Shown here piece by piece: positions 14,021-26,842 of a stretch of 64,000 nt of DNA. The translations under genes and the position numbers were made by a program. The notes beneath the pieces were generated by a model that saw only the letters and a program-made list of their open reading frames with translations, ran no database searches and was not told where the DNA came from. Origin of the DNA: Eledone cirrhosa (Eukaryota); assembly GCA_964016885.1 (NCBI GenBank), contig OZ024746.1, forward strand, positions 77,624,001-77,688,000. The letters are read 5' to 3'. How positions within the stretch are numbered: position 1 is the first letter of the stretch; every line of letters starts with the position of its first letter.

Positions 14021-16502
14021 CCTATGTTTATATGTAATAAACTATTTCATCATTATCATTTTACACCGGCTTTCCTTGTTGGCATGGTGTGAGTGACCAT
14101 ATCTTGCTCTTATACAATACATTTCTGGCAAGGTTTCTACAGTTGGATGGCCTTCCTAATGTCAACTGCTTTACAGAGTGTGCTCGGTGCACTTATCGTG
14201 CCATCAGCACTACTACTTTATTTTGTCACGAATATTAATAATATTCAACTTCAAAACTTGTAATACGTTTCCTCACATTTTATTATAGTTTTATTTTATT
14301 TATTGCCTACTTATTTTGTAACTTCTTTTTATGTGTTGTCGTGTGTGTGTGAATAGGCCCTGATGACAATAATAAAGAATTGTTGTTGTTTTCATCATCA
14401 TCATATAACATTTTACAATTAAATGTCATGTTTAAGTGTTGTAAATGCTGTCTTGTCTTGAGACTGTTCAGATTTAAATTAACTTCCAACATTTGAATGT
14501 TCTGACAAATAAGGCTCTCTCCACTTTTACATATACATCAGGCGGTGAAGTAGAGTGCTGAGAGCTTCATTGTTATCTTTCCTTCTTGCTACCATCTCCT
14601 GGTTCCCCTACATCTATGTCTATCTACCTCCTCAGTATACCTAGCGTTTTCTCCTTGTCATTTGAATTGGAGCTTCTCATCCTCCTCTTCTCTCTAGTAT
14701 GGTGTTATTGGAAGCATCATCAATCATTTTCTTTTCTGTTCCTTTTCTAATTAGGACTGTAAAACAAATTCATATTGGATTTGATTCTCCCTCTTTTCTT
14801 TTCACCGGTCAGTGTTTCATGCCTGTTGGTATTTTGATAATTGTTTGGTATATTGTATACTGTGTGATAGGGAAGTATAGTCACCTCTTTGGCATTTCAC
14901 ATGATTATCAGTTCTGAGTTGTAGCCAATCTTTTGCTCTTAGCTGAACTGACTAGCCAACAGTCTGTCAGTGAAAGCCACTCGCTGTTCATTGTTTTTCA
15001 AGAGACCACCATTATTCATTCAGCTTATTTTGATTGAGTCAATTATCGCAGACGCAACATCTTAAACTGGCATATCAACTGTAAGAATTCAATATTAATA
15101 GAATACTGTATCAAATTAACGATGTTAGTCATTTTATATGTAGTTAGAAGTCTGCTGTTTGAACACAAGCTACAGCTAGCTGAATGCCTGCTAGCTTTTG
15201 GCTTGTTGTTCTTCTATTATATCTGTGATAATAATTGCAGCATTCATTGCTGGAATGATTCTTCTTCTTCACAAGTTGCAGTTTCTAACACTTCATTCAA
15301 TAGCCTTTGTGTATGTATTCTCACTTGTTGCTGCTATTTATTGAGTCATTATTGTTGTCAGCAGCGTATTTATTTATTACTTATTTACAATTAGAGATAA
15401 AAATCTTCATAATCTCTTCAATGTTGCAATGTTTATTGGCGGAAAATTTACAGTCATTAAGGCATCAGATTAAATGCCTCGGTATTTGTTCCAACTCATT
15501 GTGTTCTGAGTTCAAATCATGCCGAGGTCAACTTTGCTTTTCATCCTTTCGGAAGGTCAATAAATAAATAAATAAATAAAGTCCAGTGATGGTGGATTGG
15601 CGAAACTGTTAAAAAGTTGAACAGAATTCTTTGTGGTAATCTGATCAGGTTTTGTGCATTGTGAGTTCAAATCCTGCTGCTTCCTGCTAAGAGTTGTGAT
15701 AGGCAGTTAGTATTAGCAATGGAAAGACCAATGGAAATATGAATTCCTCAGTCTGATTTGATGATTGGCCCCTTCCCTTTCCTTTTTGTAATGGTTAGCA
15801 TTAGACACCTACTTTACTTATTTCCAATTTTAAATCGCTGCCTATGATTTTGAAATCTTCTTGAAAATAATAAAGAATTTGGAAAGATTTAATATTTCAA
15901 CATAATGGTTGACAACACTCACTCTAAATTGTGACGTGTTTAATACTCACAGTAAAAATATTTTAAATTCAAAGCTACTGAGTGGCAACATTTTGATGTG
16001 CACAGCACCAATTACTGCATCTGCACAACTGTGTACCCACCCAATTGAGAGTGAACATTGATGGTTGAACTCATGGCATACTTGGAACTTTCTTGGATTG
16101 TTAAATTGTCTCATCTACTATTGCATGCAAATGAACAATTAAACTTAAGGTTCCTTTATTAATCAGATTTATTTTCCCCCTACTCATTTAAAACACTCAA
16201 GATACAGTTTACAGATTAACTAATACAGACATCAATTGTAAATTACTTTTAGATTTAGTTCTGGAGATTGTTCCTGGCAGAGAATTTATAGAAGATTATA
16301 AACTTTAATTTTTGGTTCAGAAACATTCGATGCCTGAAAGCTATGGGAAACATATCTGCTGTGCTAGTCACATGAAAATACTGATGTAGATTAAAACTGT
16401 TGCTCTGCCGGTTAAAATAACAACCTTATATATTTTATCAACTTGAATGAAGACTGAAATGTTGTTAGTCTGCTGTGCTATTTTTATTTCATATGAGTCA
16501 AA

Positions 16503-16615
16503 TGATAATTGTTTCTACTTTTGGCACAAGGCCAGCAATTATCCAGTGCATTACTGGTACTTTATTTTATCGACCCCGTAAGGATGAAAGGCAAAGTTAA
16601 CCTCAGCGGCATTTG
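16503..16615 (-). mobile_element. Family A SINE 3' half
   Basis: ttgtttctacttttggcacaaggccagc..ggatgaaaggcaaagttaacctc. Confidence 0.85.
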
Positions 16616-16628
16616 TCAAATGATAATC

Positions 16629-16890
16629 TTAACTCTTTTGTAACTATATTTGTAAGAGAAAAACGCTGCCTATTATTTTCAAATAATTTTGAAAGCAAAC
16701 AAAAATATGGTGAAATTTACTAAAATAACTAACTTTCTCATTATTAAGCTGGTGTTTAGAACATAACAAAGGTTCTTATATATAATTATAATGGAAATTT
16801 GTTTTAGATAGATACAAACACTTTAAAACAAAGTTTTGTATTGTATAACAAAGCGTAGTTTCATGCAGTTTAGTATCAAAAAGTCTTTCA
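16629..16890 (+). mobile_element. Degenerate TTAA-type MITE, family 2
   Basis: Starts ttaactcttttgtaactatattt..ctgcctattattttcaaataattttgaaa, as in the copies at 33858, 42618, 44302 and 63496. Confidence 0.55.
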
Positions 16891-17169
16891 ATTGTAGACA
16901 AGATCTTGACACTAGTCTCAAACCTGTGTAAATAAAGACTGACTCTCTCTCTCTCTCTCTCTCTCTCAATTTACTACTTCATGGAATGTTACATGTTGTC
17001 TATAGTAGAAGTATTAAAAGCAAAGAATGTAACATAATAACTCTGCCTACTCTTTGTTATATTTCATATACTAAATCTTTACATGTATCACTGCTTACTG
17101 TTGTGTTAATTCTTTTGATAACAAAGCTGTTTATTTTCAGGGGTTCATATTTCAAAACTTCCATCATAA

Positions 17170-17274
<105 letters not shown>

Positions 17275-17402
17275 TTTTCATCATCATCATTCATCATCCT
17301 TTCCGTTTAGCGTCAATTCTTCTGTGCTTGCATGGGTTAGATGGGTCGTCCATGCTGGGAAGGAAGCAAATCTGGCCGTGGTTGGTCATATCAGACTTTG
17401 TT

Positions 17403-17436
<34 letters not shown>

Positions 17437-17491
17437 TTAAGGCTGTGATGACTCTTGTTACTCTGTGTATTCATAGGATCATCAAACAAGT

Positions 17492-17540
17492 CTTGTCTGA
17501 TGATCCTGTGAGTACACAGGTGAAACTCCAATGTAATAAG
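17492..17540 (+). ncRNA. Degenerate type I hammerhead ribozyme
   Basis: cttgt-CTGATGA-t cctgtg agta cacagg t-GAAA-c tccaat g-TA-ataag: stem I cttgt/ataag, perfect 6-bp stem II, U.U at 10.1/11.1, 2-bp stem III. Confidence 0.6.
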
Positions 17541-18421
17541 CTAGTTGGATCATTAAATTTTACTTTGGTATTTAGTATTCATTTTTGTGTCTGTCAACAT
17601 TAAAGATTTTATATATATATATATATATATAGTTATATATATATATATAGTTATATATATATATATTTATACTTCGGGAGACTCGTGCGGCCAATAAAAA
17701 CATATGCACCTGTTGGTTTTCACTTCAATTTATTCTAAATTTCCATTGGTTGTTTATATATTGCCAAAATAGGACACTATCTGTTTGAACACACGTTTCC
17801 AGATAAGAAATCTTGCAAAACAAATTCAAAAAGGAAGTATGTGTGTGTGTGTGTATATATATAGAGATATATATATATGTAGTCTTTGTTGCACAAACAG
17901 AAGAAACAGAAATCAATACATGCGTTAAGTGGTATATGCTTTATTATAGCTGTAACTACATACCTGTGACCCAAAAGCCTGAGCAACAGACCCCCAAGCC
18001 CCTGAGTCACTAATAGAGCTCTAAGTTTATAATAAAGAGTGTGTATGTGTGTGTGTGTGTTTGCGTATGTATGTATATGTATATCAATACTCATGTACGT
18101 CAATACTCATCTTTTTCCATTTATCTGAGGGTTCTAAACCCCATTATCAGGCTAAAATTTCTTTAGTCAAAAATACAGTGAAAGCTATTCTATTTTCTAA
18201 TTTCAAACCTGCTCAGTGTTTCAAAACATACTTACTTGATATATATATATGTATATATATAGTGTTGGTTATAATTAGGTTATTAGCTTTCTGTTATGAA
18301 ATGCGAATTAAAAAATGAAAAGCCTCTAGCGATATATTAAACTTTAATCCAATGTAAATACACAAGCGATTCATGGAAGTTTGTTTAGTTATATTAAACG
18401 TTTGCAAAGCTGCTTGTTTGG

Positions 18422-18466
<45 letters not shown>

Positions 18467-18651
18467 AAATACATTTAAGTCCTACAGTATGGAGAACTAA
18501 GTAAAATAATGGCCTTATTAGTTTTTAATCAGTAACATCTCTCTCTCTCTCTTACTCACACACACACACTTATAAGTAACCAATTTCTGCATGAAAAAAA
18601 TATCACTCTCATGGATCAAACAAACAAAACCATCCATCTTCCTTGCCAGCA

Positions 18652-18703
<52 letters not shown>

Positions 18704-18705
<2 letters not shown>

Positions 18706-19048
18706 TTTTCATTTTTCATTTTTTTACGTCCGCTTTTTCCCTGCTTGCAAGGGTGGGACGGGAACTGATTTTGGCTTGATTTCTACAGCTGGATGCCCTT
18801 CCTAACACCAACCTCATTTTACAGTGAGTGCTGGGTGCTTTTTTTGCCGTGGCACCTCCACGACCACTTTGCAGTGGAATGATATGAACCCCAGTCCCTA
18901 TCATCTCATTTCTACAGCTGAGTAAACTGGAGCAATGTGAAATAAAGTGTCTTGCTCAAGGAAACAACACATCACCCGGTCTGGGAATTGAACTCACAAC
19001 CTTTCGTTTGCAAGGCCAATGCTCTAACCACTAAGCCATGTGCCTCCA
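18704..19048 (-). mobile_element. Full-length family B SINE
   Basis: Near-identical to 13350-13682 and 60764-61068. Confidence 0.92.
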
Positions 19049-19194
19049 TATATATATATATATATACACGTGTGTGTGTGTATATTTGTGCATGTATTTG
19101 AGTTTGATTCTTGGACCGAGTTATGCATTGTATCCTTGAACAAGACACTTTATTTCACATTACTCCAGTTTACTCAGCTGTAGGGAGAGGGGAG

Positions 19195-19955
19195 ATTAGT
19201 ATGCATGGGCGACTGCCAGTCTTCCACAAAAACACCTTGCCCAGTCTTGAGCCTTAGAGAAAAGCTTTCTTCTTTTTCTTTGCCCACTTATTTCTGAGTG
19301 GGTTGTCGGTGAAGAATCCTCAAAAGACACCTTCCAGTGTGTCCTGTCAGAAGCAACCATCTCCAACTGATCTGGCTGGATCCCCAAGTGAGACCAGCCA
19401 AGCTCATGGATGTTATCCAAACATCTTGCTTAAGGTCTCATGCCTGTTGGTTTTGCCCATAAAATCTGTCCAGCAAATTTTTCCTGAGACCTTCTAACCA
19501 CTTGCCCAGAGTATCGGAACTGTGATCTCTCAAATTGGAGAAGTAGTGGCTCTACCAAGAGTAAATCTCTGATCTCTGAGCTACACACTCTACCGAGTAA
19601 CATTACTCCAAAGATCCTTTGGAGGACCCCATTTCGGATGCTTGTATTCATGATAGTATTCTTTTGGTCATTACCCAAGATTCATGACCATAAATAAGGG
19701 TTGGCATGAATACCTAATTGAAGATAGTGAGTTTAACTTTTACACCTACCCCCCTTCTTCTGAATGCTGAATGCTGGAGCTGGCACATTACTGCACCAGC
19801 TTTTGCAATTCTTGCACTTAATTCAGCCTCCTGCCTTCCATCACTTCTGAACATGCCCATGAGATACTTGAACTTCTCCACCTTCTTCAGTGGAACTCCA
19901 TTCACATGTAGAGTGCACTGCTTTCTAGGTGTAAAACCCATGGTCAAGGACTGAA
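19195..19955 (-). mobile_element. Decayed RTE LINE fragment of a second lineage (Expander/Rex3-like C-terminal region)
   Basis: VEKFKYL..DGRQEAELSARIAKAGAVM..KVKLTIFN*VFMPTLIYGHESWVMT..VEPLLLQFERSQFRYSGQVVR..LGWSHLGIQPDQLEMVASDRTHW, with stops and frameshifts. Confidence 0.88.
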
Positions 19956-20117
19956 GGGGTTCTTTTATAACTATTAGACACACTCTTATATATACAAAGA
20001 AAGTGACTCCAATCCAACACTAGTAAATACCATCAATGCACTGAAACTCGGCCTAACCTATCAAAGTAAAGCATTAATCTCATCCTTAAGAACTAAAACC
20101 AAACTCACTCCTATACA

Positions 20118-20310
20118 TAATAATTGTTTCTACTTTTGGCACAAGGCCAGTAATTATCCCCGTGTATTTCTGGTACTTTATTTTATCAACCTCATAAGGA
20201 TGAAAGGCAAAGTTAACCTCGGCGGGATTTGAACTCAGACCATAAAGAGCTGTAACTCTTTGCTGCAAAGCATGGCGTCCGACCCTCTACCAATACTGCC
20301 AATCCACCGT
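20118..20310 (-). mobile_element. Full-length family A SINE
   Basis: Head ggtggattggcagtattggtagagggtcggac on the minus strand, B box, core and (TAA) tail. Confidence 0.9.
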
Positions 20311-21159
20311 CCAATCCATCCACTCCTATACATAATAATAACAACCAAACCTATACTAATTACTGATATAGAGGTAATGGACATATATATATAAAAGCAG
20401 GCCTCTCATGTTTAAGAAAATATGAGATTTTGATTAGTTAAAAAAAGAATATGCTTTTGAACTTCTGAAAATCTTTATTAGATTATGTTGGTTATGTATG
20501 CAATGCCTTGATGTAATTGTGAAACTATTTCTGAAGCTGTTGCAGGCTTTACTTATTTACTAATCTAACATTTACTATATACTAAGTTAATTCTCTATGT
20601 ATGTCTAGACTCTATACATATCTACAATCTTGACTCAATTAAATCATATAAAGCATATTAGTGACATTATCTCCTCCTCATCCACCTTCTTTTTTTTCCC
20701 CCCTTCTTGCCATTCTACCGCCGACGTTTACAATGTTCTGTAATGATCTGGTTTCCAGCATTATTTCAACAGCTAATTGTCTATAACTACTCGTTTAATT
20801 GACTTGCTTACAGTCAAAGTTGTTAGCGTCATTCAATATGCGGATATCTTAGCAGCTTGGGTGCGTGCCAAAGATGTTGTTGTTGTTGCCATTATTCTTT
20901 CTTGTCAGGAGAAACATGTATATATACACGTATGTGTACGTGTGTGCGTATATATATATATGTATATATATATGTATATATACATACATATGTGTGTGAA
21001 TTTTTGTTGAATGTAAGTAAGTGCGTGTCTAGCATTTGGATTTATTGTAACCAGATGTCTTTATGAAAATATCATAAACGCAAACAAGATATCTCTCTCC
21101 CCTTTTCATTGCCTTCTTGCATAATGTAATTGAAAGGGGTAGAACTGATCAACATGAGC

Positions 21160-21223
<64 letters not shown>

Positions 21224-21939
21224 TGTGTGTGTGTTTGTGTTTATATAAAAGCAAAGTAAACACTCTAAGCTAATACTCTGCTTCGATTCACTTTCTTGAA
21301 GCATCTGAAAACAATTTATTTGCATTAAAATCTGAACGTGTATATATATATATATATATATCTAGACATACATATGTATGAATTATACACACATACATTT
21401 TGCACACATGCCATGCATGGGGCCTTAACTCATGGGGGAGTCATACCAACGTCGTCATGACAAAGAGCATTTAAACTTAAAAGACCCCCTCCACCCTCCA
21501 GTTTGGAACGCAACCGAACTCTTCCAGAGAAAAAAAAATATACATACATACATACATATATATATATACATATAATAAATGACTGATAAGTTTCAAAAGG
21601 CTGGTACAATGTGGTAGAAATATATAAAGGGCAAAGGATGACAAATAAAACAAAACAAAGTAATGTTTTACCCAGTATATATCAACATAATATTTCTCTT
21701 TTTTTGTTCTGTCTTACACCATCTTGGTTTTGTGAGTTGTGAGCATGCAACTTAAACACCGCATACACACACATATGTGTGTACACAACATGTGTGTGTG
21801 TTCTACTAGTATTCTTTTATTGAATGACTATTAGTCTGTGGCCATGCTGTGGCACTGCCTCAATTTAGTTGATCATATATACGTGTCAATGCCTTTTTTT
21901 CCAAGCCTGGTACTTATTTCATCAATCACTCTTTTTAAT

Positions 21940-22081
21940 GACTTGCCCCAGGCCTTCTGCAGTCTCCACATATTTCAGTCATAAAGCATTGGTCAACCTG
22001 AGGCTATAGTAGAAGACACTTGACCGAAGGTGCTGTGCAACAAAATTGGATGCAGAACCCCGGAGTCATGAAGCAAACTCT
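21940..22081 (-). mobile_element. tRNA-headed SINE, family D
   Basis: ggtcaacctgaggctatagtagaagacacttg.ccgaaggtg is shared with 24065-24225 (-) and 51035-51180 (+). Confidence 0.7.
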
Positions 22082-22453
22082 TTAACCCTTCAGCATTTAA
22101 ACCGACTGTGACTGACCAGAATTCTCTCATCTCTTTCAACCCAGCCATATCCAGCCAGAATTCTCTCACCTCTTTCTGTTCAATCAAGCCGTATCCAGCC
22201 AGAATTCTCTCACCTCTTTCTGTTCAATCAAGCCGTATCCAGCCAGAATTCTCTCACCTCTTTCTGTTCAATCAAGCCGTATCCAGCCAGAATTCTCTCA
22301 CCCCTTTCTGTTCAAACCGGCTGTAACTGGCCACCTGTATTAATGTTAAGGTATTGTTATCAAAATCTCATAGATTCAATATTATGTGAGATAAAGCCTT
22401 TACTATGAAAACACAATAGTATATAGAGTGTAATGTAAATGCTAAAGGGTTAA
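22082..22453 (+). mobile_element. piggyBac-like MITE family 1 with an internal 44-bp tandem expansion
   Basis: TTAA-cccttcagcattta ... taaatgctaaaggg-TTAA; 44-bp units start at 22151, 22195, 22239 and 22283. Confidence 0.88.
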
Positions 22454-22952
22454 CACACTGCATCTATGAATAGTTTCTTTATGAATAGTTTTATCTCTTG
22501 AAATATCCCTTGCTTACAACCAGATTGTTGGCGGCATCAATGTTTGGAGAACCAATTTATTATTGTGTTATTAGCAATTAACTCTTCCGTAGTTAATCTA
22601 TTAACACATACAGGAACTCCTAATTTATAGATGTCGAATGTGCTTTTTTTAACAACAGGAGGGCTCATTATTAAGAAAGATAAACAAGGCGCACCACAAA
22701 AATAAACTGTTAATTTCCAATATAATCCTAGCAGCCAGTCAATGTTGCCACTTTGGTGCCATTATTTAGTTTGAAGTGAATACCAGATTCACAAACTATT
22801 AACAGTAAGTTAATAGCAGACTATTCAGTGTACACAAGAACACTTACTTTGGACAATTAAAAAAAACAAAAACAAAAAAATGCTAATGACTGGTGTGTCT
22901 GAAATGTCTAACAATATATATAATTAACGCTAAAATTACCACAATTATACAA

Positions 22953-22998
<46 letters not shown>

Positions 22999-23157
22999 TC
23001 ATCATCATCATCGTTTAATGTCCATTTTTCCACACTGACATGGGTTAGACAAGTTATCCTGTTGTGAACAATGCTAGGTCAGGCGACCATGTCATGCTCA
23101 TTTATATATAAGCAATAAAAAATAAAATACATACACACACACACACACAGACATACA

Positions 23158-23252
23158 GGACCCCGACAGCTGAGCTCTGGCCATTTCAACAGCTAGACCT
23201 GAACTGTTTGGATATAGCTGTTGAAACGGCTGTTGCTCAGCCACCGGGGTCC
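23158..23252. other. GC-rich ~95-nt imperfect hairpin
   Basis: ggacccc/ggggtcc, ctgagc/gctcag and ggccatttcaacagcta/tagctgttgaaacggct pair co-axially. Confidence 0.75.
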
Positions 23253-23964
23253 CGACTCTTTTCATATTACCCACTCTACTACCCTAAGTATTGAGTACTC
23301 TCGTGCGTTGTGGTCCACCTGGTATCTTACCACGCCCTCGTTATGTGTGTGTGTGTGTGTGTGTGTATTATTATTTTTTTTTATTGCTTATTTAGGAGCA
23401 ACATTCCCTCTAATGTCCCCTATCCCCTAGGCAGAATGTTTGATGTTTTGGTCAAACCTAATTTTGATTCAAAGATACAGCATGACAACATTTCAAAGCT
23501 ATTGAGTGTTAACATTTTGATGTGTACGGCACTATTACGGTGCCTATCTGGTGTTCCATGTGTGCAGCTTATAGGGGAACGTTGATCAGGGGTAAAGTGT
23601 AGACCCTAGTACTTATTTTTTTCAAGTCTGGTACATATTTTATCAATCTCTATCTGTTGAACTGTTAAGTTGTGGGACACAAAAACACAGACTCAAACAT
23701 AAACTTAAACATAGACACATCACAAGCATACATACTCCCCCCCCCCCCTCCACCTCAACACGCACACACATACATATTCATATGTACCCTGTGTAGACTA
23801 GTGCAGTATTTTCCTGTGTGCCATAAGAAGCAACTGAAAAGGTTTATGTCTGATAAGGCATTCAAATGTAAAACATTGCTTCAAATGGTCCCGTCCAACC
23901 CATGCTAGCATGGAAAAGTTGATGTAAAAGCGATAATGATGATTATTTTATTTACACACACACA

Positions 23965-24066
<102 letters not shown>

Positions 24067-24526
24067 GTGGGCTCCTGCAGTTTCTGTCTACCAAATTCCA
24101 CTGACAAGGTATTGGTCAAACTGAAGCTATATTCGAAGATACTTGCCCAAGGTGGTGCTGCCGCACAGCAGGGTATCTGTACCGTGAAGCACGTGGTTGC
24201 TAGGTTGACTCTTTAACCATGCAGCCATGGTGGAATTTTCTTCAAAGTAATTTGAAATTTGCAGAATGTAAAATAGATAAGATAAGCATTGATCTATCCA
24301 CTTCCAGTTGTTGTGAAGCTTTTCTTTGGATTGAAGGAGGTACTTCACAACCTTATATAGAATATATAAGGTTGAAAACTTCATCATGTCCAACTGACAA
24401 GCAGTTATGGACCAACACCAACACCTAAAGAACAAAAGAATATATTTAGCTAAGCACTGTAAGATTGAATTTATATATGTATTGCTATTGTGTGTCTTTG
24501 TGTAAATGTGTATGTGTTTGTTTGTA

Positions 24527-24569
<43 letters not shown>

Positions 24570-25154
24570 GTGTGTATGGGTGTGTGTGTGTGTAGTGTGT
24601 GGGAGGAGAATGTTGTATGTACATGTATGCCTGTGTGTGTCTGTGTATATATGTGCATCTCTGTGCGTGTGTGGGAGGTGGGTGTTTGTGTATCTGTATG
24701 TATTTGTATGTAAGCGTGCTTGTGTGTGTACGCATTTGTATATGTGTATTTGTGCCTGTATATGTTTCAGTGTGTGATTATTTGTGAATGTGTCTGCAGT
24801 GTTTGTATATATATATATATATGTGTGTGTGTATTTGTGTGTAGCTTGTAGTGTACACACGATGTGCTCTAAGAGATTTATCGAAGATGATTATGAAATA
24901 AAAAGATATAGTAAGTGACAAATATGTGGTCATAAAGAGTGGAGGGGTTTGAAGGGTTTGTTTCTAACAGCTCCTCATAAACCAAGCAATCATCATAGCA
25001 ACTAAAAGCTTCTGCAATATAACTAGATTTATGAAATGGATTTTGCTCACATCGATCATTTGTGCTTACTTTAGTCTATTCACCATGTATAGTGTCCTAG
25101 AAAGTTTTAGTGCTCTTTATTATTATTATTATTATTATTGTTATTATTATTATA

Positions 25155-25360
25155 GGGGCGGTGAATTGGCAGTATCGGTAGAGAGTCGGATGCCATGCTT
25201 TCCAGCATAGTTACGTCTCTTTACGGTCTGAGTTCAAATCTCACTGAGGTTAACTTTGCCTTTCATCCTTACGGGGTCGATAAAATAAAGTACCAGTAAT
25301 GTACTGGATAATTGCTGGCCTTGTGCCAAAAGTAGAAACAATTATTATTATTATTATTAT
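25155..25360 (+). mobile_element. Full-length family A SINE flanked by (ATT)n
   Basis: ggcggtgaattggcagtatcggtagagagtcgg..gagttcaaatc..gtagaaacaattattatt. Confidence 0.9.
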
Positions 25361-26354
25361 AGCAACAACAACAATGATGACCATCACTACCACCTCCGTG
25401 CTCACTGGTCCTACAGTACAAAACTGTTTGTGTTAAAATTTTGATATTTATCTAAACATCTTCCATCATACATTTATGTAAAGACCTTCGTTTTTTTTTA
25501 AGCTGTATTCTGAACTCCAGTTTAACTCTTATTCTCCTGTACCACATGAAACTGCATTACCAACAGATTCTTGAAAAGTATAAAACAGCACATCACTGCC
25601 TCACAAAACCTGAACCCTTTACTTTATTTAATGTTACAAATATTTTCTAATAAATCATTATGTGTAGTCCCTTAACTCCTGGGGGAGTCATAGGGGCACT
25701 GTATTGACATATGGCATTTCTTGGGCATTTTTAAACCTAGCGGAGCCCATCCTTCTCCAGCCTTGAGTACAGCAGATTTCTGCCAGAGAAAGATAGAAAG
25801 TTGGTAAATCAATGCAGGATATTATGGGTTAATTCTTGATTCTTTTCTTTCTATTTGAAATCATAGACAGTGCCTTTCATGAGAGATATGGTAACAAAAT
25901 GGTTAAGGTGTTTGTGTTTATTAATTGATAGTATAGTAATGGTAGTGATAGTAGTGGTGGTGGTGGTGGTGGCAGCAAAGATGATGAGGATGGTGGTGGT
26001 GGTGGTGGTGGCGATTGATGCTGAGGAGAGGAAGAGGAGGAGGAGCTGCTAGAATGGTCAGGATTTACAAGACTGTTTTCAGAAGAATGAAGCTGATCAC
26101 TAGGTGATAGTAAATAATGAGAACTTTCACACCATGGGGCTCTAATTCTTGTAAAATACAACTGTTGGTGATTGAAGGAGCAGCAGCAGCAACAACAACA
26201 ACAACAATGCAACTACCCATACCAAGGCTACCACCTGCTCACTACCAACACTGCACCGCTATCATTATCACTACCATCAACACAACCACCACCACCACTG
26301 TTGCTAAAAAGCGAAGGTGGTGGTGCTGTTGAAAGAAATGGAGTATAGGACCAA

Positions 26355-26842
26355 CCACAAAGATAATTGTTTCTACTTTAGGCACAAGGCCAGCAATCAC
26401 CCAGTACATTACTGGTACTTTATTTTATCGACCCCGTAAGGATGAAAGGCAAAGTTAACCTCGGCGGGATTTGAACTCAGAATGTAAAGGGACGTAACTA
26501 TGCTAGAAAGCATGGCGTCCGACCCTCTACCGATACTGCCAATTCACCACAAAGATAATTGTTTCTACTTTAGGCACAAGGCCAGCAATTACCCAGTACA
26601 TTACTGGTACTTTATTTTATCGACCCCGTAAGGATGAAAGGCAAAGTTAACCTCGGCGGGATTTGAACTCAGAATGTAAAGGGACGTAACTGTGCTAGAA
26701 AGCATGGCGTCCGACCCTCTACCGATACTGCCAATTCACCACAAAGATAATTGTTTCTACTTTAGGCACAAGGCCAGCAATTACCCAGTGCATTACTGGT
26801 ACTTTATTTTATCGACCCCATAAGGATGAAAGGCAAAGTCAA
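26355..26842 (-). mobile_element. Head-to-tail array of ~2.5 family A SINEs, 192-bp period
   Basis: ccacaaagataattgtttctac recurs at 26355, 26547 and 26739. Confidence 0.93.

Noticed and set aside
14520-15060. Possible old LINE fragment (also 44930-45360)
   Set aside because: No diagnostic motif could be recovered by eye.
22151-22320. Regular 44-bp repeats, and the 192-bp repeats at 26355, as CRISPR-like arrays
   Set aside because: No unique spacers; they are internal to a MITE or made of SINEs in eukaryotic DNA.
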